Source: Piedraia hortae CBS 480.64
Taxonomy: Eukaryota
Length of the DNA: 57,863 nt
Direction: 5' to 3'
Assembly: GCA_010093745.1 (NCBI GenBank)
Contig: MU005960.1
Coordinates: 372,636 to 430,498, forward strand
The notes under the pieces are model-generated. The model was not told the DNA's origin. It made no database searches and worked only from the letters and a program-made list of their open reading frames with translations. The stretch's first letter is position 1. Each line of letters opens with the position of its first letter. The translations under genes were made by a program, and so were the position numbers. Positions 39,321-50,291 of this stretch are shown piece by piece.

Positions 39321-39679
39321 GGAAATGATGACATGTTCAATAAGGCCTCGTTCATTATGGGCAATACGAAACGCTGGGCGTGTACACTCGAGTGGGACAG
39401 GGTTCTGAGAATTTTTGTAACTATCCACTTTCCTTGAGAGAATCATGTACATAGCGAAATGCAGGACATTTGTACTTTATTGTGGCTCTTCCAGTTGTCT
39501 TGTTTACTCTGCTCCCTTCGTTTTTGCAAATTTGGACAGCTTTCTTCTATTTCGTCTAAAGTCGTTATCCTCAGATAAACCATTCCTTTGGTACCCATCT
39601 TCCCATTCGTCTGTGTACTGGCAAAGTCCTTTAATCATCTCAATACAGCGTGTAAACCCCTCATCTAAAAATAATCCCT

Positions 39680-42499
39680 TCACTCATCAAACACAACCCT
39701 CCTCCTCCTACTCTTCTTTTTCCTCTTCCCCTCCCCCTCCCCATCACCCTCTTCCTCCTCAACCTCACCATCTTTTATCTTCTTCTTCTTCTTCTTGTTC
39801 TTCTTATTCCTCCCCACCCCACCCTCATTCCCATCCCCCTCATTCCCAGTAAGATCATCCCTCTTCTTCCGTCTAACCTTCCTCTTAACAACAGTCCCCT
39901 CCTCATCAAGCGACCCAATCATCTCCCGTTCCCTCTGCATCATCAATCTTGTCTTCTCAACCTCCCTTACAGCCTTCTGCAAATCATCCTCAACAACATA
40001 TTCATCCCGTCGAACAGGCAACACGTCCTCGTCGAGGGAGAGGGATGATAAGCCTGAGGAATCTACCCCTAAAAGACCCTTGGGTTTTTTAGAAGTGGGC
40101 GCTGAGGTGGTTCGGGAGGGGGGTGCTGTTCCGCTGAGGGTTTTATCGAGGGTTTCGTCTGCAAGGACTTCGAAAATCTTTTTTGGACGCTTGAGTTTTG
40201 ATGAGGGAATTTTTGCTTCGCTTTTCGCTTCGCGGGGGAGGTCTATGATTGGGATTGAGTCGACGTCGTTCCCTTGATTGACAGGGGAGGCATCAGGATC
40301 GATGTAGAATGGATCGTCGCGGTTACGTTCCCTGCGTTGGGCTCGTAGGCGGTTGCGCTCTTCGAGGGTTGGGAATGCTGCCGTTGCTGCCTGTTGGTCG
40401 AGGGATTGGGATGCGGTTAGGGACAGGTTTGTTTGGGTGCGATCGTGGTAGAATGAAAAAATTCCGTCGTTGTCAGTTTCGGGATCGGTGTCTTCGTTGA
40501 TATCAGCGCTTTGGAGGAGGAAGGGGAGGTCGGTGTTTATGGGTTCGTCCAGGTCGATTTCTGTGGGTGGGGGGACTTGTTTTAAGGCGGTTGGGGCAAC
40601 GGGGTTGAGCTCCATGCCGGTGAATAAGGTGGGTATGGCTTGGGTTAGGAGGAGAGGGGTTTCTCCGCCTACAGGTTGGTTGGTAGCTGCTTCGGATGCG
40701 AGGCGCATTAGTTCCAGATATTCTACGGAGCATTCTTGTACGCTGAGATCGCGGTGCTGCGTTAGAGGCTCGAGGAAGTGAACTATGCGGGCACAGAGGA
40801 GGGTTATAGAGGATTGAGACTCGGATGTCCATGACTTTGGGGTTTTGGTGAGGGCGGAGAAGATTTTGGGTGCGGCGCGGACGTAGCTGGCTAGGATATC
40901 TGAGGGATAATCATGGATTGAGGGATGGACTAGGGAGTTCAGCACGGCTTCTGCGTCTGGAAGCATCGATGCGAATTCTCCAGAGACAAATGCAGCTGCT
41001 GGTAGGACGCCTCTGGCTCTGCCGTCGCGCTGTTCTAATATCAAAGACTGGGCAGCTGCCGCTGCTTCCGGTCGTAAGGCCTTGACTCTGATGGCAATAT
41101 TGAGCAGTTCAGCGCCAATTTTGGCGGCTACATCAGAGCCTGTAGCTGGACAGTGTCGTACTAGCTCAACCAAGACTTCGAGGTACCACTCAAAGTCGGT
41201 TAGTTGTGCATAGTTGTCTCGCGAACACATTGCGAGTATCCGCTCAATCACAGCAGTTCGATAGTCGTCGGGCAGTGGGTTTGCTGTGGCCTTGATTGGT
41301 GACTCCTCGTCTTCGTCTTCTGACACGCTAGATTGATTTGTCTTCCTATCTTCTGTTGGAGGCTGAGTCCGTAGTTGCCGCAGTAATCGATCCACCACAG
41401 TTACGAGGTTTCCGGAGCTAATCATGCCAACAACCAAGTCCAGGGCACGCATGCGAATGGACACATCCGCATCATCAATGCACTCGAGGATGACATCGTG
41501 TTGGTTAGCCACCAGATCTGGGTGGGTAGCGGTGACGCGGGCCATTGTAAGCAGAGCCACATAGCGCAGGTTGCGGTCGTTTTCAGAGGCAATCATGGTC
41601 CTCAGCTTTCCAGTGCACAGCCGAGCCACCTGATCGCCTTCAACACTCCCCTCGGCCGCATCCAGCACTCCACCTTGAATTATACCATGTATACATTCGT
41701 ACATCAGACTCATTGCCGTCGTCTCACGTATGAGATTCGTCAGAGGAGGAATCAGCTTCTTAACCAGTCGTGGTTCTAGGGGAATGAGGACAGAAAACAG
41801 CTTGACTATTTTGATAGCCATCCAGTTATTTTTGCCAAGTTTGAGAAGTTCAAAAAATCGAGGAGCCAGAGCGAGAAAGTCCTGGGGTCGGCGCCAGCCA
41901 AGCTCGCAGATAACGTTGATTACAGCAGCAGTAACGCTGGGGTCTTCGTTTTCGTCCATCAGTTGCTCCTTGATCTTGGGCCATGACAGGCGTAATGTTT
42001 CAGGACAGGTCAAGGCTAATCGGTAGAGCGCGGCGACAGCCTTTTTGCGCACATTGGGACTGGAGTGAGAGAGCTTGGGCAGCAAGTCGGTCAACAATGA
42101 GTGAGCCATTGACGGGATGAGAACATGAGGTGTAGCGGTGAGTGGAAGGGACATGGTCACTCGATCGGGGCTGTTAAGGTCCTTCTTAAGCAGATTCTCA
42201 ACCAGCATGAGGACTTCAGTATCGGGGCGAAAGGTTTGTACAGCTGCGAGATATCCCACACGTTTATGCCGATATTTGGCGCTACTCATGACCTCGAGGA
42301 CGTGAAATGAAGCCCAGGACATGTCGTGACCGTACATTTCCAAATACACTAACTTCAAGAGTGCCGTGGCCTTGACGTCCATGTCCTGACTGCGGATTTC
42401 GGTGCGACACTCTCGCAAGGAAGACTGCATATACTCCGCTTCATGGCCTTTGTGTGACCGGAGTCCGCGGATTAGCCGCTCAATGTCTTTTTCGAACAT
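39680..42499 (-). CDS. APL5: AP-3 complex delta adaptin
   Basis: MFEK...LIRGLR, YLEMYGHDMSWASFHVLEVMSS, KRVGYLAA, NNWMAIKIVKLF, DFEWY, DDPFYI. 939 aa, no introns. Confidence 0.95.
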   Translation of the reverse strand: MFEKDIERLIRGLRSHKGHEAEYMQSSLRECRTEIRSQDMDVKATALLKLVYLEMYGHDMSWASFHVLEVMSSAKYRHKRVGYLAAVQTFRPDTEVLMLVENLLKKDLNSPDRVTMSLPLTATPHVLIPSMAHSLLTDLLPKLSHSSPNVRKKAVAALYRLALTCPETLRLSWPKIKEQLMDENEDPSVTAAVINVICELGWRRPQDFLALAPRFFELLKLGKNNWMAIKIVKLFSVLIPLEPRLVKKLIPPLTNLIRETTAMSLMYECIHGIIQGGVLDAAEGSVEGDQVARLCTGKLRTMIASENDRNLRYVALLTMARVTATHPDLVANQHDVILECIDDADVSIRMRALDLVVGMISSGNLVTVVDRLLRQLRTQPPTEDRKTNQSSVSEDEDEESPIKATANPLPDDYRTAVIERILAMCSRDNYAQLTDFEWYLEVLVELVRHCPATGSDVAAKIGAELLNIAIRVKALRPEAAAAAQSLILEQRDGRARGVLPAAAFVSGEFASMLPDAEAVLNSLVHPSIHDYPSDILASYVRAAPKIFSALTKTPKSWTSESQSSITLLCARIVHFLEPLTQHRDLSVQECSVEYLELMRLASEAATNQPVGGETPLLLTQAIPTLFTGMELNPVAPTALKQVPPPTEIDLDEPINTDLPFLLQSADINEDTDPETDNDGIFSFYHDRTQTNLSLTASQSLDQQAATAAFPTLEERNRLRAQRRERNRDDPFYIDPDASPVNQGNDVDSIPIIDLPREAKSEAKIPSSKLKRPKKIFEVLADETLDKTLSGTAPPSRTTSAPTSKKPKGLLGVDSSGLSSLSLDEDVLPVRRDEYVVEDDLQKAVREVEKTRLMMQREREMIGSLDEEGTVVKRKVRRKKRDDLTGNEGDGNEGGVGRNKKNKKKKKKIKDGEVEEEEGDGEGEGKRKKKSRRRRVVFDE

Positions 42500-43149
42500 T
42501 TTGCCCTTTTAATCTGCTCGAAAGGCCCGCATGGTGTGAGTTAGGTGGCTCGACGTTCCTGTCTGCCCTTTTGAGGTGATGTCAGTGGCTCTTGATTGGG
42601 CATGGTGGGCGGGCAGATCCGTCACCAGTCTAGCTCTGGTTAGCGCGGCTGAAACTCAGATGCTTTCCTGTTCAGCAGTTTTTGATTTGAGAAGTCCCCT
42701 TTACGAAAGAATTCGCTCATCATTTCATAGGTAGTCAATCACAACCCTCCATACGTTGGAAAAGTATCCCATGTCAACACCATCATACTCTTCAATCAGT
42801 TCATATGGAACACTTCATCACATCTGCCAATAACTTGATACACCCCTTTCGCTTTGCCTTGTTCTCACTCCATTTGCCGATTTCCCTCCCTTTCAAGAGG
42901 AGCGTTGATTTCAACCATGGCTATATTGATCGCAAGTCAACAGAGCCTACCTTCAATGCACATACGCATACTCGACAAAACAGGCATGCATCGTCGACTC
43001 TACAACAAGCACTTTTTTTTGATTGCAATGTAACCTTTATCTTTCACTTTCTCGATGCCACAAAATTCATGTTCAAGTGTCAGATAAGAAACCGTAGCAC
43101 AATGGCCCATTAGCTTCATTATGAATTAGTTATCTCTCTCTTTCTCTCC

Positions 43150-43177
43150 AAAAAAAAAAAAAAAAAAAAAAAAAAAA
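43150..43177. repeat. Poly(A)28 tract, followed by TATAAA at about 43193
   Basis: Direct reading of the sequence. Confidence 0.95.
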
Positions 43178-43329
43178 GCCACGAAAAGACTGTATAAATT
43201 ACACGGCTTCAACACTGGAAAACAAATCTTGCATCGCATCGAGTCGCATTTCATCTACGTCTCATCTGCATTCAAAGTTTACCGGCGTGCATCTTGGAGA
43301 AAGTCTTGAAAACATCTAATCAAGAAACG

Positions 43330-44001
43330 ATGGCACAAATCTACAGCTAACTCGAGGCACCTAACAATGATTTCCATTCATTCGGGCTGGACTCTCTCGA
43401 AGAGAGCATGACCGTGAACGCGCAGGACCTTTTCTCGAACAACACACCACCCTTTCAATTCGGGAGCACCACAACTCCCCCGCCGGCATTCCAACCCGCC
43501 CAATGATGTCTCAGCGTTGGGTGGTACTACCCAGCCCTCCAACTGGCTCCTTTGCATCCACCACCAGGTAACGCCCTCATTTGGCGCCAGAAGCTAACAA
43601 ATCCACCCAGACTCTCAAACGTCGCAGACGTACCTCCTCCTTGGAGGATGAAACCATTTGCACCTGCTCGGACGATCAAACCGAGCCATCCCGCCGAGTC
43701 AAGTGTCCCCGTAACGCGTTCGTTCTCTTCCGCCAAGTGCACAGCAAAGAATTTGCTCGAAAGGTGAAAGCCGCACACCCGGTTGGCAGTTTCAACAACG
43801 CAATATATGATAGAGTTTCGGCGCTGGCGGGTGTTATGTGGAAGAAGGCTTCGAAAGAGGTTTAGGCAGAGTTTTATAAGCTCGCGGAGGAGGTGAGGGA
43901 ATGCCATGGCACTGGAGAACCCGGGGTATAACTATCGTCCGCGTAGGGCTGGGAGGTGTGCATGTGGAAAAATTAGGAGGGTGAGTAGATGGAAGTGGTG
44001 A
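43330..44001 (+). pseudogene. MATA-type HMG-box transcription factor pseudogene
   Basis: RVKCPRNAFVLFRQVH...VSALAGVMWKKASKEV*AEFYKLAEEVRECH/ALENPGYNYRPRR. In-frame TAG at 43863-43865 and a +1 frameshift at about 43908. Upstream TAA at 43348. Intact 43-nt intron 43568-43610 (GTAACG...GCTAAC...CAG). Confidence 0.75.
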
Positions 44002-44758
44002 GATGCAGGTATTCTATCGCTACAATTCTCGATGATATGCATGTTCATGAACACTTCATGCTCATCAGCGCACCCAGCTCATAGCCTGGGCCAAGATGTG
44101 ATAGCCCCATAAAACCGCACGGGGTTCACATCACCGTCCCTTTTGCACTGGCACCTTGATGGTAGGTTGGAAAACAAGGATAGTACCGATTGGTCCGGAC
44201 CTACGCCTCCCTGAACCCACGTTGTGCCTCGCAGAGAGACATGGTTGAGGACTCGCCCCCTTCAAAGGAGAGAGCGATGATCCATTGGACCGCAATCGCA
44301 GAAAGTGCCCACGTGCCTAATCTGCCGGTAGAACACGACAAGCTCGAGAACTGAAACGTTGGCTTTTGACAGGAAAGTTTAATGTCGCTTGAGAAAATCT
44401 TCCTTTGACTCTCGGAGAGTTTGCTCCCTTTTCTCAACCGGTTTCCTGGGATCAGCAGGTATAGGACCCTCGGCCCCGCCTTTACGTGAGCTTCTACCTC
44501 CGGGTTGCTCGAAGGTCCGAGTCCACCGAATTACAAACAATCTGGCTCATCAACTTTTGTATACATAGAGTATAAGTTAAAGCATATCAACAATAATAGT
44601 GATACTAAATCAATCATCCCACCAAACTGAGCCAATGCTGTGTTGCCCAAGCCTTGGTAAGTCTTTGAAAAAAAAAAACGTACTTTTGCATCGTGAATCC
44701 GCGGGTTCCTTGATCCGCTGCCGCCCTTCGTCTTCGTCCTCGTTTGCCCATGCCTTTG

Positions 44759-46012
44759 CTAGTCGTGATTATACTCGCCGTCCGAGTCTTGATCTGCTTG
44801 TTCATCGTCATCAATCTCGCTTGCTTTTCGCTTCAAATTCGCGTTCTTGCCATTCTTGTTTTCTTTGCGGATGGGAATCTTTACGCCTTGCTCGGCAAAA
44901 CATCTGCTGAGAGCTGTAGACTCGATCACGCCGGGGAATTTCTTGGCGGAGTAGACTCGTAGCACGTCGGAGTAACACCAGGCCAAGATTGGAGATCGTC
45001 CCGTGTTGAGAATGCCATCCGGTCCGCCGAGGTCGATGAAGCTTGCTTTAAGGCGGTAAGTGCCCTCGGTGCGGATCGAGAGGTCCTGCAACACAAACCA
45101 AAAGCCTTCCTGGCCGTCGAGCGCGCGGAGCTTGTTGGCGCAGACGGTCAAGGTGCCAAGCAGGTTCTTGGTAAAGAGGTTTGTGGGTGCCGCGTTGGGA
45201 GCCGTGTAACTGTAGCTGTACGACGATGTTGCCGCTGGCGCGATCCGAGTGTGTGCGGGGTTGTAGGGGTGATTGCGGGCAGCCGATAATCGGCGGGGTT
45301 GGTGGCCATTGCCGTAGTCATATGGCGCCGTGGCAGACAGGGCCGGGTGGCTGGAGCTGGCCGCATGGCCCGAGGTTTGGACGACATTGGTTTTGTTCGA
45401 TCCAGTTTCGTCAAAAAGATCGACCATGAGTACAAACAAGTTGCCGTCCACTTCCGCCGGGTTGACCGGCAGACCTGTCCGTAAGTCGTTGATCTTGACC
45501 TGTATACACGGCGGCGGAGTGACGGACCTCCGGTCCTTGTCGCCGTAGCCGCACATGCGCGCCCGCAGCGGCTGCTGTGCGATGTGGAGGGAATAGCTGT
45601 AGCGCTCGTCGTGGCCGTCATAGCGCATTTGCATGGTGGGGTTAGCGGGCCTGCTCTGCCGGACGTGGCGGGGCGGCGGGGAAGCAGCTGAGGCAGAGGC
45701 AGCGCTGCGGGCGTGGACGGTGTGATAGCTGACAGACGATGATGACGGATAGCCGGCAAACGAAGATGACTGATACCCGTTCTGGTTGTCAAATGCCACC
45801 TCCGAGGGCGGCAAAGGTTCCAGCGAATGGTGCGGCGGCAAGCTTGAGCCAAATCGGTAGACGTGCGGGTAGGGCTGATGCTGCTGATATTGTTGAAATT
45901 GATGTTCGCCGAGGGGACTGTAACCAAAATGATTGGGGTAATTCTGAGGATATGCCATGATATCGCTGCCGTGAGCGTGGCTGTAGAAGGAATTAAATAG
46001 GGTAGAAGTCAT
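44759..46012 (-). CDS. velB: Velvet-family regulator, VelB-like (split velvet domain)
   Basis: QQPLRARMCGYGDKDRRSVTPPPC, then an insert, then FTKNLLG...WFVLQDLSIRTEGTYRLK and VYSAKKFPGVIESTALSRCFAEQGVKIPIRK. Confidence 0.87.
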   Translation of the reverse strand: MTSTLFNSFYSHAHGSDIMAYPQNYPNHFGYSPLGEHQFQQYQQHQPYPHVYRFGSSLPPHHSLEPLPPSEVAFDNQNGYQSSSFAGYPSSSSVSYHTVHARSAASASAASPPPRHVRQSRPANPTMQMRYDGHDERYSYSLHIAQQPLRARMCGYGDKDRRSVTPPPCIQVKINDLRTGLPVNPAEVDGNLFVLMVDLFDETGSNKTNVVQTSGHAASSSHPALSATAPYDYGNGHQPRRLSAARNHPYNPAHTRIAPAATSSYSYSYTAPNAAPTNLFTKNLLGTLTVCANKLRALDGQEGFWFVLQDLSIRTEGTYRLKASFIDLGGPDGILNTGRSPILAWCYSDVLRVYSAKKFPGVIESTALSRCFAEQGVKIPIRKENKNGKNANLKRKASEIDDDEQADQDSDGEYNHD

Positions 46013-48087
46013 GCTGATTCAGTGCACAGCAGTCAACGCTGGTTATCTGGCGGAGCTGGCCAAGACTTTTAACAGCTACGGATTTTGCCAAGCTCCCGGA
46101 AAGAGCCAATCGGCGTGCGGCGGATTCGGCGCTATATTGGGTGAGGCGGACAGTACGGGAAGCCGCTCGCGTAGCACGACAGGCGCAAAGGCCCCAGGAC
46201 CCTGACCATATAGTTTTTTCTCCGTCGCGAGGCTGTGAAGATTTACCGCAGCTGTCAAACCCACCGCACGGTCAGGCCTCCGTTGCCATTACAGTTCCCA
46301 CGTGCTACTTCCACCCCCAATCCCTTAATACCTCTCCGAGCCTCTGACCATCCGGCTCCCCTGGCGTGCGCTGCGTGAATGCCGTGCAACAGAATGACAT
46401 TCATCCGATGCATCTACCCCTTGCCTCGGCCGGGGCCTGGTTCGCCAGCACCCAGCATCCAGCACTACTGCATGCTCGCGGTCGACGATGGCTGTGCTCG
46501 AGGAGCATGACTAGGAAACACTAAGCAAGACTATCTAGCCAATGAACGAGCTCCTGAACACTAAGATGGAGCCAATGACCACCAACTGGCAGCTAAGTGA
46601 AGAGGAAACATCCATCCGTAAGGCGGTTGAATTCACAGCTCACGAATCGCAATAGCCCAATCACAAATGACATGAGCTTGTGATCATGCCGACGATACGT
46701 CAGCCGTAAACCACTCGAATTTTTTTCGCATTATGTAACCCTATCACAACAACAGTTGATCACAAGACGTTTCGCCATCGCGATGCAGATCCATATCAAT
46801 AGGCCCTGCAGTGAACATGGTAGTGGCAAAAGGACGAGCCGATATTCTAGCTAGCCGCATACGCGTGTATTTCTGCTCATCGAAGATGTCCAGGCAATGA
46901 ACTTTGCCCGAGCTTTACTGCCTTATCGAAGTGATCTTCAGCGAAGATGTTGGATGTTCTCCAATGGTGTACGTTATTTTAGAGAGCATGCTCGTCGACC
47001 GGGTAGAATGTTGTGGAGTGCATTGAGCTGGACAAGGGGCGGCCCAAATTGATGTTACGCAACGCTTGCTGCGTACGTCGTGCATATAGATGGGCAGATA
47101 TATAGACGGGGATTGTATATACGTTTCAGACGTACCCAAGTCGTTGCCGAATCCCGTGGTCCAGAACTGTGGTTCACATTGGGATCAACGAAGTGACTGA
47201 GCGAATGAAATCAACTTCCGTACCTGGTTCGTTGGGCAGTCATGTTGCAGAATCTCGGAGAATTCGACCATTCTCAGTGCCGTCGATACGAGTGGCTGTC
47301 CACGAAGACCCGCTGAGAGACAACGCTACACTGCTGGAGGCAGGTTGCCGTCTGTCATGTATCATGTACGGCCGACTAGGAACGTGGTTTAGAATTTCCT
47401 CTAGTTGCACGGCGCATTTGAGAGCCTGTGTGCGTCACGCACAAGCCGCGGAAGACGCGTTTTCATTGAAAATGCAGCCGGTGTTCCGTAAGAGGCTGAC
47501 CAAGACACTTTATAGATTAAAGGCCATTCGAGTCGCCTGACTGTTCGAGAGATACATCTTCGAGTTGCCAGTGAAGGTATAGTCACAAGACGTTGTGAAG
47601 CAGGTGGTCCGCTTGCCAGGCGTTATAAGACCAAGATAGGTCAGGGTAACAGCAGTGTCCATCTAGCTAAACTGATCATGATCCATGAGCACCAAGATCA
47701 ATTGGTTAATTGTGGAGCAAGCCCACTCGCATCGATAAGACTGGACCCGGGTGTGACACTCTATCGAGATCTAAAGATAGTGAAGAGCATGACTGGCACG
47801 AGGCCAATATACCGTTGGAAGCACGCACTTCTGTGGAAAAAGCGAGACGAGTTGCTCAGGTCTGGGAAAGAGGCCCCTCACTTCAACGAGACACCCCTTG
47901 GGCCCAGCCAAATCATGGGCTTTAAGCCAACCTGTAGATGTGAGGTCAACGACCTAAAGTCCGACCAAAACGTCGGTCCATGCGCTGGGAACGGGGGTTT
48001 CACGATCGTTGCGGTCGACCTGTCTAGGGTTAGGACCGAGACAACACCACAACAACTCCCACCAAAACTAACCAACCAACCCCCATC

Positions 48088-48948
48088 ATGGCACCCACCG
48101 TCGACCTCCTCGAACCACCATCCACCTTCGCCGAAGCCCAAACCCTCTCCGCCGTCAATCCCTCCATCCCAAGCGATCCACAACGCAAATACCAAGCCCA
48201 CGAAACCCTCCTCCTCGCCAACCTCATGACCTCCCACGACTCCCTCGCGAAAGAGCACCTCTCCGTCCTAACCGCCCGGTTCGGTAACCCCACCCCCACC
48301 GACGCCCAAGAAACCGAAAACGAACACATACAAGTCCTCCGAGGTCTTTACCAGGAAGCCACCTCAACCGCCTCTTCCCTCCCGACAATCCTCTCCTCCT
48401 ACGAAGACGTCCTCCAGAAAGATGATACGCTCCTCTCCCTCCAAAAGCGACGCGCAGCGCTTCTGAAAAGCATGGGCAAGGAGAAGGAGGCTGTTGAGGC
48501 GATGATTGATCTGCTCGATGTCTCGCCTAGTGATGCGGAGACGTGGGCTGAATTGAGGGATACGTATGTGAAACATGGTATGCTGGAGCAGGCCGTTTAT
48601 TGTCAGGAGGAGGTGCTCCTTACGGTGCCGAATAGTTGGGCGCAGAATGCGCGCATGGGGGAGCTGTTGGTTCGGTCTGCGGATGGACAGGCGGAGGAGA
48701 TGCTTCGTGCGGGGTTGGGGTATCTTTTGAGGAGTGTTGAGCTGTGCGAGGGTTACTTGAGAGGGTGGTATGGTGTCAAGGTTGCTGCGAGGAGGTTGAT
48801 GGAGTTGAAAGGGGACAAAGAGACGGGCAAGGTGGAGGAGATGGCTACGAGGGAATTGGGGGAGGCTTTGAAAAGAGCAGCAAGCGGTGAGGACGACGGT
48901 TACGATGCAGACGAATTACAGGGCGTTAGGGATTTGCTATCTAGCTAA
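48088..48948 (+). CDS. EMC2: TPR protein, ER membrane complex subunit 2 (Emc2/Oca3-like)
   Basis: LRGLYQEA, KRRAALLKSMG, LLDVSPSDAETWAEL, AVYCQEEVLL, RSVELCEGYLRGWYG. Confidence 0.82.
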   Translation: MAPTVDLLEPPSTFAEAQTLSAVNPSIPSDPQRKYQAHETLLLANLMTSHDSLAKEHLSVLTARFGNPTPTDAQETENEHIQVLRGLYQEATSTASSLPTILSSYEDVLQKDDTLLSLQKRRAALLKSMGKEKEAVEAMIDLLDVSPSDAETWAELRDTYVKHGMLEQAVYCQEEVLLTVPNSWAQNARMGELLVRSADGQAEEMLRAGLGYLLRSVELCEGYLRGWYGVKVAARRLMELKGDKETGKVEEMATRELGEALKRAASGEDDGYDADELQGVRDLLSS

Positions 48949-49660
48949 TGGCGTGTGCAAACACTTTGGTCGCGAGCTCAGAGAGCAACCGCATTTTCTC
49001 AGGTTGCTCCAGCTCCTGGTAGACGGAATACACGCTCTTTCCTCTCTTATCCCTCACCGCCCCGAGCCGGTTACCAGCCACGCCACCGGCAATCATGCCA
49101 GGCATGTTAGCCAAGATGAAGCCCATGACGGCACCCGAAAGACCGCCGATTATAGACCAGAACGCTCGCGTCGGACGGGCTTCTTCGCCCTCTGCAAGAC
49201 CTTCGTCGCGCATCATTTCCTCGAAAACAGACGCGAATTGGTCCTTCTCCTCCCGCGTTTGCTCCTGAGAGCGGCCGCCGCTGCCGAAGAAGCCCCAGGG
49301 GAATGCAAACCCGCTGTTTGCCGACGGGCCAGCATCAGCCGACGAACCTTCACCAAAGCCGCCGGAGAACGGGAAGCTGCCGCCTCCCATGGTCCTTGTC
49401 GCATCGTATTGCCGTCTGCGCGACGCATCGCTGAGTGTGTAGTAGGCGTCGTTGACCTGCTGGAAGCGCTTCGTTCGAGCAGGACGTTCGGGAGAATCTG
49501 CAGCCACGCGGTCGGGATGGTGTCGCAGCGCTGCGCGCTTGTATCCTTCGCGGATCTGCTGCGCCGTCGCGTCCGGGGAGACGCCCAGTACGGTGTAGTA
49601 GTCTTCTGTCTGCACGTTAGACTGGTACGTGTTGCTGGAGCTGCCAAACGTACCGGCCAT
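48941..49660 (-). CDS. J-domain (DnaJ type III) protein with C-terminal glycine-rich hydrophobic segment; exons 49660-49654 and 49605-48941, 223 aa
   Basis: MA|EDYYTVLGVSPDA...YKRAALRHHPDR...FQQVNDAYYTLSD...RRQYD. 48-nt GTACGT...CTAAC...CAG intron. Confidence 0.88.
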   Translation of the reverse strand: MAGTFGSSSNTYQSNVQTEDYYTVLGVSPDATAQQIREGYKRAALRHHPDRVAADSPERPARTKRFQQVNDAYYTLSDASRRRQYDATRTMGGGSFPFSGGFGEGSSADAGPSANSGFAFPWGFFGSGGRSQEQTREEKDQFASVFEEMMRDEGLAEGEEARPTRAFWSIIGGLSGAVMGFILANMPGMIAGGVAGNRLGAVRDKRGKSVYSVYQELEQPEKMRLLSELATKVFAHAIS

Positions 49661-50225
49661 GATTTTTGGTAGGTCGTTGCTGGCGCGGTGGCTGAGATCC
49701 AATGGTTCATTGGACGGCTGGTCGGCTACGTCATGGATACGTCAGTGGCATGTGAACCTGATCTTGGCTCGTGGGGCTTCACATGAGAGATCTTGCGGGA
49801 CGCATCATGTTCAGAATGCAGATGGAAATGAGGCATATTCATAGCTCGATGACTTGGAGAACAGGCAGCATAGATACATGAATTCTACCCATCTAATGCC
49901 TTTCCGGCTTACGGCTCTACACGAACTGATGCCATCCACCGTCGAGCGTATGTGCAAAGACGACGATGTACTGCCCAGTCACGGCAGCACAAACATGTCC
50001 AGAAAATCCTTGCCCCTTGCCCCATTTGGAAAAGAGGCAAACGGCACCCAAAGATTCTCTCTTTCCCTCTCCACTGCACAGACGGTTTTCGTCATCATGG
50101 AGCGGAAGCTCTCGATCGAAAATGCTTTTAAGGCAGTGTTGGATTTGCGTTGTTCATGGAAGGAAAAGAAGAGAAACTGCGGAGAATGAAATCTTGAAGA
50201 CGCCGGGACGGGACGGGACGGGCCG

Positions 50226-50273
50226 CCGCGACGCGCGACGCGTCTATCGCGGGCGCGATGCGATGCGACGCGA
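50226..50273 (+). promoter_or_regulatory. Cluster of MCB-like (ACGCG-core) elements upstream of MCM7
   Basis: ACGCGC at 50231, perfect ACGCGT at 50238-50243, ACGCGA at 50268, directly upstream of a DNA-replication gene. Confidence 0.55.
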
Positions 50274-50291
50274 CTTCAAAAGACCAACACC

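Noticed and set aside
43330..44001. Mating-type (MAT1-2-1) locus
   Set aside because: No APN2 or SLA2 flanks in the window, and no intron within the HMG box as is typical of MAT1-2-1.
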